From contig NC_088807.1 of NCBI RefSeq assembly GCF_011386835.1, positions 24,862,001-24,926,000 of the forward strand: DNA of 64,000 nucleotides. The letters run 5' to 3'. Below the pieces are notes generated by a model, which did not search any database, was not told the origin of the DNA, and worked only from the letters and a program-made list of their open reading frames with translations. Each line of letters begins with the position of its first letter. Position 1 is the first letter of the stretch. The position numbers and the translations under genes were made by a program. This document shows positions 45,270-55,604 of this stretch, piece after piece. Source of the DNA: Chrysemys picta bellii. Taxonomy: Eukaryota.

Positions 45270-46330
45270 TCTAGTGGGTTAAGGCGAGGGGGGCTGGGAG
45301 CCAGGACTCCTGGGTTCTCTGCCTGGTTCTGGGAGGGGAGTGGGGTCTAGTGGTTAGAGCGGGGGAGCCGGGCGCCAGGACTCCTGGGTTCTCTGCCTGG
45401 TTCTGGGAGGGGAGTGGGGTCTAGTGGTTAGAGCGGGGGAGCCAGGCGCCAGGACTCCTGGGTTCTCTCTCCAGCCATGGAGCTTGGGTTCTTGTGACTT
45501 TGCCACTGCAGGTGCTGCTTGGCATGCGGAGATGGCAACGGGCGAGCCCGGCTCACCGACGCGGGAAGGGATGGCGCTGCCCCAGGAGCAGGCCGGGCTG
45601 TGCCCCACGGATACAGGTGAGTCCCTGCCTGGGGCGCGCCCCCCAGACTGGGGACAGGAAGGTGTGGGGTTGTCCTCCATCCTGTGGCCAGGGACATTAG
45701 TGGGGCTGTGGTCACCGGGGCCCCCGACCCTACAGTGGGGACGCCCTGCTGAATGCAGAGAGAGAGTACCCCTGAATTGGTCACACAGGGGGCAAGGACT
45801 CTGGGGTTCTCTCCCTGGCTCCAGGAGGGGATGGGGTCTACTGGTTAGAGCAGGGGGGCTGGGAGCCAGGACTCCTGGGTTCTCTCCCTGGCTCTGGGAG
45901 GGGAGTGGGATCTAGTGGTTAGAGCAGGGGGGCTGGGAGCCAGGACTCCTGGGTTCTCTCCCTGGCTCTGGGAGGGGAGTGGGGTCTACTGGTTAGAGCA
46001 GAGGGGCTGGGAGCCATGACTCCTGGGTTCTCTCCCTGGCTCAAGGAGGGGAGTGGGGTCTACTGGTTAGAGCAGGGGGGCTGGGAGCCAGGACTCCTGG
46101 GTTCTCTCCCTGGCTCTGGGAGGGGAGTGGGATCTGGTGGTTAGAGCAGGGGGGCTGGGAGCCAGGACTCCTGGGTTCTCTCCCTGGCTCTGGGAGGGGA
46201 GTTGGGGCTGGTGGTTAGAACACGGGGGCTCAGAGCCAGGACTCCTGGGTTCTCTCCCTGGCTCTGGGAGGGGAGTGGGATCTGGTGGCTAGAGCAGGGG
46301 GGCTCAGAGCCAGGACTCCAGGGTTCTCTC
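45270..46330 (+). repeat. ~70-75 bp tRNA/SINE-head-like minisatellite; further arrays or copies at 410-500, 3830-3990, 18750-18960, 25770-25960, 35265-35650, 39095-39920, 41750-41960, 43025-43420, 54860-55320, 57590-57840
   Basis: Unit GGGGAGTGGGGTCTAGTGGTTAGAGCAGGGGGGCTGGGAGCCAGGACTCCTGGGTTCT(C/A)TCCCTGGCTCTGGGA, in both orientations across the window. Confidence 0.9.
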
Positions 46331-49300
46331 CCGTCTCCGTGACTCTCTCCTTTGCCCCCCAGGGGGGGACGAGCTCAGCGCTGGCCCGGAGGAGCAGGAG
46401 GAGCTGCTTGCCCCACAGAGCAATGGGCCCGTGAGAGCGGCTGATGGCCAGGGGGATGCCCAGGAGGAGCAGAGCGACAAGGAGCTCTCGGACTCGGCCT
46501 CCACCGACAATGCCTTGGAGGACTCGAGCGAGTTCGGGCGGCCCCTGGGGGTGGGGGCCTGCGAGCCAGGGGGCCCCTTGGCCCCTCCCACGCACCGCGA
46601 CGAGGACGTGACGGCCGCCAGCTGGCGGGCCCGCCGGAAGCACATCTTCGTGCTGAGCGAGGCCGGCAAGCCCATCTACTCTCGCTACGGCAACGAGGAG
46701 GCCTTGTCCTCCACCATGGGCGTCATGATGGCGCTGGTGTCCTTCATCCAGAGCGGCGACAACGCCATCCGCTCCATCTACTCGGGTAGGCGCGGGCTGG
46801 GCTGCAGGGCAGGGGCTGGGCAGGGGGCACACTGCCTTGGCATTCAGGGCCGGGCGCTGGGGGGTGCCATGCTGCGGGGCAGGGGACCTTCTCCTCTAGC
46901 AGTCAGGGCCTGGCACTGGGGGGTGCTGTGCTATGGGGTGGGGGGCTGGGCAGGGGGTGCCCTGCCCTGGCAGTCAGGGCTGGGCGCTGGGTGGTGCTGT
47001 GCTGTGGGGAGCAGGTTGAGGGGCTGGGCAGGGGGCGCTCTCCTCTGGCGGACAGGGCCGGGCACTGTGGGGGTGCTGTGCTGTGGGGTGGGGGGCTGGG
47101 CAGGGGGCCCTCTGCCCTGGCAGTTGCTGCCGACCCAAATAAATTAATTCCTTAAAAATCCCGTAACACTTGCCCTCCAGCAGTGGAGGTGGGGACCCCA
47201 GTCCTGGGTGTTGGGGCGCGGGGGATTCCATTCCACCTTCCTGATTTCTCCTCACCGCAGTCCCAGTTGGAGGGGCGGAAGCTAGTCACCGATTATCCAG
47301 CTGCTGCGCTCCACCCCAGAGGTGGCTGCCTGTCGGTGCTGGGCAAGCCCGCTGTGGGGTGTGAGGCTGTGCGCTTGCCTAGGGGGATTTAGCGGGAGGA
47401 GGAGGCTGGGACGCTGGCAGACCTGTGGCCCCACACCTTGCCTCGTGCCGCTGGGCATGGGATGCACGAATCGCGCCCAGGGGAGCCGTAATGAGATCAG
47501 CCCTCGGCGGTCGATACGTCGCACTGAGAGTGTAGAAATACGTGAGGCGTGACAGATGGAGAGGAGACTCGTGGGCACTGGAATGGGACATGGCGGCCTG
47601 TCCCCTCTAGGGGGCGCTGGCTCCCATCCAGCCCCAGGGCGGGGAACTGGCTGGCCCGGGGGGCGGGAAATGGGGCAGGGGCCTGTCCCCTTGAGGGGGC
47701 GCCGGCTCTGATCTGGCCCCAGGGCGGGGAACTGGCTGGCCCAGGGCGGTGGGGAATGGGACACGGGGACTGTCCCCTCTAGGGGGCGCCAGCTCCGATC
47801 TGGCCCCAGGGCGGGGAACTGGCTGGCCCGGGGGGGCGGGAAATGGGGCAGGGGCCTGTCCCCTCGAGGGGGCGCCGGCTCCGATCTGGCCCCAGGGCAG
47901 GGGACTGGCTGGCCCAGGGGGTCGGGCAGCGGCACTCGGGGGTCCCCGGGAGCAGGGCAATCTCACTGTCTCCACGTCCGCCCCAGATGACCGGAAGCTG
48001 GTGTTCGTGCAGCAGGGCCCGCTGGTGCTGGTGTCGGTGTCGCGGACGCTGCAGTCGGAGCAGCAGCTGCGCCAGGAGCTGCTCTACGTCTATTACCAGA
48101 TCCTCAGCATGCTGACCCAGGTGAGCATCACCCGCATCTTCGAGCGCAAGAAGAACTACGACTTGCGGCGCCTGCTGGCTGGCTCCGAGAAGATCCTCGA
48201 CCGCCTGCTCAACCTGGTGGAGTCGGATCCCGGCTTCCTGCTGGGGGCCGTGCGCTGCCTCCCCCTTCCCGCCTCCCTGCGGGACGCCCTGGGCACCCTA
48301 CTGCAGAAGGCCATCACCCCCAACCTGGTCTTCTCCATCCTGGTGGCCCGCAGCCAGCTGGTCACGGCGGTGCAGGAGCGGGCGGTGATCGAGGAGTGCC
48401 GGCTGGAGCCCACCGACCTCCACCTGCTGCTTAACCTGATCGGGGCCAGCTCGGCCTTCCAGGCCGGGGAGATCTGGACGCCCATCTGCCTGCCCCGCTT
48501 CAACCCCGACGGGTACTTTTACGCCTACATCTCCTACCTGGACGCGGAGTGCACCGTGTGCCTGGTGCTGCTCTCCACCGACAAGGAGTCCTTCTACGCC
48601 GTCTCGGACTGCAAGAAGCGGGTGGAGGAGGCCATGCGGACTCAGGGCTCGCTGCAGGTGCTCTCGGGCGGCCTGCAGAGCCCCTCCTATGGCGTGGGGC
48701 AGGTCGGGGTGCCCGACTTGCGGCACTTCCTCTACAAGCCGCTGGATATCCCGGAGAACTACCGCCAGCTGCCCCAGTTCACCAGGTAACGGGGCACCCC
48801 GGCCGCCCTCCTGGGGGCAGCAGTGCTTGGCTCTGGCTTTCGCCGTCGGGGTTGGTGTGGGGGAGGCTGGGTCGTGTCGGTGGCCTTGAATTCTGACGCT
48901 AATGCTAAGCCGTGCTTAGTACCTGCAAGGTACTGGTGGTAGGGGGCACCGGGGAGCAGGGGGGTCAGCAGGAGGCACTCTCCCCTGGCAGTTAGGGCTG
49001 GGCGCTCTGTGGTGGGTAGCGGGGTGGAGGGCGCTCTCCCCTGGCAGTCAGGGCTGGGCACTGGGGGGTGCCGTGCCATGGGGAGCAGGGCGGGGGGCTG
49101 GGCAGAGGGCGCTCTCCCCTGGCAGTCAGGGCCGGGCACTAGGGGGCGCCGTGCTGCAGGCAGCAGGCCAGGTGTCAGAAGAGCTGTCCTCAGTTTGCGG
49201 GCAGGCGTTCTGCAGCTGTGTGCTCCACCCCAGAGGCAGCTGCGTTTCAGCCCCAGGTGCAGCCTGGAGAGCGCTTTGTGGTCACTGCAACGGAGGACGG

Positions 49301-51946
49301 CTGGGATGTGCCAGCTGGACAGACAGCCTCCCGAACAGACAGCTGCCCTCCCTCTCCCCCCGCGGCTCCGGGACGAATTAAGCCAGCCTTATGCAATCCC
49401 GGCTTTAAATAGGGCACGTCATGTGCTTCCCAACAAGGCGGTGTGTGTGTGAGACTGGCTGCTTGTGGGGATCACGGGGGCGGAGGTGGCCCAGGGCATG
49501 CTGGGAATTCAGGGGCCTCGGCAGTGCCATCACGTGGCGGAATGCGGGTAGCTCAGTGCCAGGGGAGGGGAGCTCTGACATCATGAACCTCCCAGTGCCC
49601 CCGAAAAAGAATGGGTGACACCGTCCGTGTGTTATAAATGGGGAAACCGAGGCACATTCTTCTGTTTCAAAACAGCAGGGATAGAACCCAGGAGTCCTGG
49701 TTCCCAGCCCCTGTATTCTACACTACTAGACCCCTCTGCTGGGGGGCAGGGGGGATTGCAGCTGAGAGCTCGTGCCAGGGTGGGACGGGTCAGTGTAGGA
49801 CACTTAACGAACCGCTTTACCCCACACAACCATTCTTCCTGTCAGCTGGACTTGGCATGGAATCGGGGTCTCTGAACTGCTTGTTCACAGCCTGAAACAG
49901 ATGTGATTGGCTCACGATACACCTCGTTAGTCAGGGCAAGTGTTTCTCCCCCACATCAGAATGGGGGTCCGTCTGTCCGGGTAGCTCCTCCCCGTCCTGG
50001 ATCAGAATGGGGGTCCTCCTTTCCCTGGTACCCCGTCCCCGTCCCGGATGAGAACAATGGGCTCCTCTACCCTGATGTGAGGGGACCGGCTAGCTGTATA
50101 CCAAATACTGCAATAGGATCGGGATCTCTCATCCTCCCTGCCTTGTAGTGCCAGAACAAAGGCCTGTCACGTGAACCACCCAGGGGTCAAAGCCAACTGT
50201 GGGCTTCTACAGGTCCCTCGTGTTAGCTGGTGGGACTCCCTGCCACAGGATACTGGCGCTGACAGCCCTGCAGGCCCCAGGAGTATCTGGAAGATCTCAA
50301 ACCAAAGGCAGGGTTTTGGCAGGGCGGGCCCGACCCCGGAGGGAGCTGGATTTCGGCAGTGAGACAGCGCTAATCACTGGGGGCTGGGAAGCTCTTTCCT
50401 CTGGGGTTCCTCTGCTAGCCAGGATGCCGCGCTAGATGGGCTCGTGCTCCAGCTGTTCCTTGGTTTCCTTCTAGTTCAGCGTTCTCCCTGCCCTCCTGGT
50501 TCTGCGGGGTGCGGGGTCAAGACACTGGTAGCCGCAGGGAGCGGGTGGTGCCTGGTCTCTGTGTCTAATCCCCCCTCCTCTGGCGTCTCTCGCCCCTGCA
50601 GCCCAGAGCTGGAGGGGCCGTATTGCAGCGAGGAGGAGCAACACCGGCTCTTTGACCTCTACCATTACCTGCACAGCCGCATCCACAGCACCTCTCGCCC
50701 CCTGCGCCTCATCTACCATGTGGCCGAGAAGGAGACGCTACTCGCCTGGGTAAGGCAGGGCACAGATCAAGGCATCTGGAGGGGCAGGGTCATGGGCCCT
50801 CATCTCCCCAGAGGAGCAGCAGGGCTCCTCTTCCTCCCCAAGAGAGGCAGGAGCACCCCCTACTACTCACTCACCGCAATTGGCTCAGGCTCTCTGCAAA
50901 CTCAGGCAGCATCACTCACACGTGGGTCAATTTCCCCCAAGTTGGAGTGATGGGCTCAGGCCTTCTGCAGACTCAGGCAGTGTCGCTGCCTTTGCGACAC
51001 TTGGTTTATGATTTCAAGGTTTTCTTCCCAACTAGGAGGGTGAGATGCTTACTCTATTCGTAACAGAAAGCTGAGCTGCTGCTGTGATCACATGACTCTA
51101 GCAATCGCCCTTAGGCATGAGCCTAGATTGCCTGGGCCTTCACCTGGTGTTGGCTGGGGGCTTGGGAGAGACCACTTCCTGTCTCAGTAATACTCTAGGG
51201 TGAGGAGGGTGGGACTTCCTGCTGTGTCCTTTCTATCTTGCACTTGGCTCATTCCTGCTCTCCTAGCAGGAAGCACAGTGGTGCCTGGCGTGGGAAGTGA
51301 TCACCAAGCCCAGACCAGTCCCGCCTGGATAGCTGGGGAAATGGTTCAGGCTGTTCGTTTCCAGAATTCCAGCGTCAAGGCCCCACATGCTGCAGAATTC
51401 CCAGACTACTGAGGGATGTGACTGGGATATGCACCTTAGTGTGATGTGTCCACTCACGTGATCGGCAGCGATGTGCTTGGGTTTTAACCAAACATCAGTA
51501 GGTTTCAGAGTGAACACGCGCCCCATTGGAACAGATAGCTCATGCTGCTTCTGGCTGTCATGCTGACAGCTCCATATAGGTTTAAAGCTTGTGCTGCCTC
51601 CCTCAGGGCTAATGATGAGAGGAAGCTTGGGGAGCAAGTTTGGAGAGGGAGGACAAGAGACAAGACAGTGCCAAGTATTGGGGAGAGGATGGATTGACCT
51701 GTCCTTTTTCCACGTTCTCCTTCTCAGGTCACCAGTAAGTTCGAGCTATACACCTGCTTCAGCCCCCTGGTAACCAAGGCCGGCGCCATCAATGTCCTCA
51801 CCAAGTTGTTGCGCTGGATCAAGAAGGAGGAGGACCGGCTCTTCATTCGCTACCCCCCAAAGTACTCTACTACACCCAACCCTGGGAAGGGCGCCAAGGG
51901 GGGCCGGCCCGATGGCGCGGAGAACGGATTTTTTGCTGGCCTCTAA
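45532..51946 (+). CDS. MON1B: Vacuolar fusion protein MON1 homolog B (Rab7 GEF subunit); coding exons 45532-45616, 46363-46785, 47987-48785, 50602-50749, 51728-51946 (557 aa)
   Basis: [55 protein letters not shown] and [20 protein letters not shown]. The C-terminus [10 protein letters not shown]...NGFFAGL* is the MON1B type. The gene is next to a SYCE1L-like gene as in human. Confidence 0.95.
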
Positions 51947-53248
51947 GCCTGAGCCTGCTTCACCTGAGGCCTGGTGATTGGATAACTTGGGGGGGAAATC
52001 CCTTCTCCTCTTTGAAGGGGAGATCGGGGACCCCCCCCCCCCAAGAAACCACACTCTCTAGGAGCTGGCTCAGGCTTGGCCAGCTCCTTCTGGGGTGGTG
52101 GCGACACGTGGTTATCTGCCCGTCTTATTTATTGGCCTACTCGTATCTCCGAGTCTCTGTTGGGGAAGCCGGAGTGGGGGGTTTGCTTCACTTTGGGCCT
52201 CGTGCTCCAGGCTGATGTGGGGCGCAGAGGGGGGTGGCGAGCTTACGTTCTGGCTCGCATAGGCCTGTACTGAAGGACTCCACCTACATGGTGGAGCTGG
52301 GGTTGGGTGCGGCTTGTTCCATCTCCTTGACAGAAGCTGTTCGCGGTTCCTTCCCCGGAGCCTCTGCTTTCCGCCTCCTGGTGTGGATCGGCCGCAGGCC
52401 CCTATGAAATGGGCTGTGATTGTGTTTCTCTTTCTTTTGGATGAATTGTGGGGAATTGCACCCTGGGCATCGGAGCCGGACCTGCTTTGAAACCATTTTT
52501 CAACATCCTCTGCTCTTTAAAAACTTGGGCCTGGAATGAACTTAGATTTCTCGCAGGCGCCCGGAGGTTGGCGGCTCATGTTTGCCAATTGATTTAACTG
52601 GCCGCTGTGTCTTGAGACATAGCTGTATGTGCGGCGGGAAGGAGATTACTCCCTCATCCCCCGCCATGCACATGCTTCTGTCGATGATATAAATTGCAAG
52701 TGGGTGTTGGAGATGCCGCTGTATTATGTTCTCCCTCCCTGGGCTGGTCATGTTCGTTAGCGCCTGCACCAATGCACTCTCCCCTGCCCGTATTAATTTA
52801 ATGTTCCCTTTGGAAAGGCAGATCCTTTCACAGGAAGTGTTGAAATGCTCTTTGAAAGCAACGAACTGCCTCCCTCCTTTGCCGGTGACATCTGTGCTAA
52901 GTTAACTGGGCTGCCCCGTCACACTTTTCAGTCTCCTTGTCCATCCTGGTTGCTAGAAGGAAGGGCTGTTTGCTCTCCTGTGGCCTTAGACCTATCGATT
53001 TGCAGCGGGATTGACCCAGAATCCGCTGGGTCTGTTTCTCGCAGGAAGATCATCCCATGCCTCTGGAGAGCCAGCCCCTGCCTGCGTCTCCTTTTAACTT
53101 GCGTTTAGCTGCTCCAGTGAGACCTGATGGGGTTGGGGAAGCAGAAACAGTTTTCACATGCATGACGCGCTGTGCCTAGAACCATCTTGGCTGTCTGTCA
53201 AATGAGGTCTCTTTCTGGCTGGCGTGTTCAACTGAGAATCAAAGTCTT

Positions 53249-54471
53249 ATTAAAAAGTTGTTTTGATGAGGGTACATCTGTCTTGCTCGCCGGCCAGCAC
53301 AAAAGATCTTGTCAAGAGAAGGGGGAATTGGGGCTTTCTAAATGCTAGCTGTATTGCCTTGGCCCCAGTGAGCTTATGTCAGTTGGATGCTGGGGAGAGG
53401 TCCAATCTTTTAATTCTCATCTCTGGAGACGTCAGGTCACAGCGGAGCTAGCCCACAGCGGCCCTGGTCCAGAGGGTTGTCACGCTAACCCTCTGCCTGA
53501 GGCTGGCATTTTCCATCCCTGCAGCATTCTCCTTTTTGGAAAGACGGGATCCCAAATTCACTTTGCCCATTTTTGTCCTCCAGAATCCCCTTCTCTTCCT
53601 GCTGTGTTCCACTCAACCATCAGGTACTCTAATGTTGCCTGGTGGTTTTTATTTTTTATCTCAAATCTAAGTATTATGCCAACTGTGGGCTGTGGTCCTC
53701 TCTGCTGGCAACACCACTACCATGCTCCACCCCAGAAGCAGCTGCAGTTCAGCGCCTGCTGCAGTACTTTGGGCTCGTTCAGCAGGTACAAAGCGGAGAT
53801 GGGTCTGGTACTAGCATGTTCCACCCGTGAACTATATCTTCTGGGCCCAGCCTCCATTGTTTTAAGTGAGTACTGCTTGGCTGCTGGCAAGGGAGGGATG
53901 TGACTTTATGGCAGCAGAGGGCCTGCCAAGCAGTTCCTAGCACATGGTCGCTCCATTTATCCCATCAGGAGCGTGTGAAAGGCGTCAAGCTCAGGTGCTC
54001 TTCAAGGGGGAAAGGGAGCAGTGAGGCATGGTAGAAGGGTCATTATAGAGTGATATTCACAGCTGTTTCTGGGGGCGTGGTTGGGTGCCTGGACCGCAGG
54101 CTGTGAACTGATGTTGATGCTTCTAGTCTGCGAGTGGTGATGTGGTGCAGAGAGCTGCTGTGCAGAAATAAAGCTACCAGTTGCACTCGCTTCACCCCCA
54201 GGCCTCGCACTTAACCCTGCTGCTACAACGCTGCAAATAGAAGCCTGGGGACGGCCAGAGTCCAAAATACCAAGGCGAGCCTCTCAGGGGGTGTTATTTT
54301 AAGATGCAGCCAGCGCTTGCACCCTGCCGCAAGCTATGTATGTGGGCTCTGCAGCGGGAGCAGGACCGGCGGTGGGAAGGCAGCTGCTGCTCAGAGAGGT
54401 CGGGTCCAGCACTTCTCCCAAGGCTGACTGCACCTCGAGTCCACCAGCAAGGGTTGGGGGGCTGAAATAAA
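53249..54471 (+). terminator. Candidate MON1B polyadenylation signals
   Basis: ATTAAA at 53249, AATAAA at 54167 and AATAAA at 54466. Confidence 0.45.
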
Positions 54472-55439
54472 CAATGTCTGGCTGCCTGTAGCTCCACTCC
54501 TGCCCTTGTCTGGCCCCGAAGGTACAGGAGCGGGCTAGGCCCTGGTCCAGACGCTACTGGCCCTCGCTCATCACCTGCCAATCGTTAGACTGCCCCACCC
54601 CCTGCCATCTACCCAAGCCAAATGCCATCCCCGTGGGGGGAGCCCCCCCCCCGGGTGCTAAGCACAAAAACATCCACATGGTGGAGCCCAGGGACCTCTG
54701 AAGGTGCCCCCCACCCCATGCCCGAAGCAGAGAGGGGAGAATGGATGAAATCCAGGCCCGCCCGTGCAAATGATAATCAAGGAGGGATGGCATGAGCTTA
54801 GTCTGTGGGCTGGGACAAGGGAGGAGCAGCCCTGGAACCCATGCTCTGGGGTTACTGTACACAGCTCCCCGCTCTAACCCCCTGGACCCCACTCCCCTCC
54901 CAGAGCTGGGGAGAGAACCCAGGAGTCCTGGCTCCCAGCCCCCCCTGCTCTAACCCACCAGACACCACTCCCCTCTCAGAGCTGGGGAGAGAACCCGGGA
55001 GTCCTGGCTCCCAGCCCCCCCCTGCTCTAACTACTAGCCCCCTCTCCCCTCTCAGAGCTGGGGAAAGAACCCAGGAGTCCTGCCTCCCACCCTCCCCCCC
55101 CAATCCTCCTCCTGCTCTAACCACTAGTCCCCACTCCCTTCCTAGAGCCAGGGAGCGAACCCAGGAGTCCTGGCTCCCAGCCCCCCCGCTCTAACTACTA
55201 ACCCCCACTCCCCTCTCAGAGATGGGGAGAGAACCCAGGAGTCCTGGCTCCCAGCCCCAACTCCCTGCTCTAATCCAGCAGACCCCACTTCCCTCCCAGA
55301 CCTGGGGAGAGAACCCAGGCATCCTGGTTCCCAGCCCTGCCCCCCAGTGGGGGGTTAGCCCCTCCCCCTTTTCCAAGGGGAGGGGCGGGGCCCTGGCAGG
55401 TGGTAAATACAGCGCACGAGCCTGGCTGGGGGCGGGGGA

Positions 55440-55604
55440 GGGGGGGGCAGAGGCGGGGCCGCAGCAACCGTTGGAAAACGGCGGGAAAAGAAAGCGCGGG
55501 AGGGGCTGGGGAGTTTCAAGGCTCCCCCTCCCTCCAGGGGGGTGAATAGGCGCCTGTGTTAAGGCCCCCCCCCCCGCCCCACACTTCTCTGGGCACATAG
55601 CGCC
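55440..55604 (+). promoter_or_regulatory. Germline-gene-type promoter of the SYCE1-like gene
   Basis: GC box at 55451-55460, MYB-type CAACCGTTG at 55465 and AACGG at 55477, and E2F-type GGCGGGAAAA at 55480. Confidence 0.6.
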
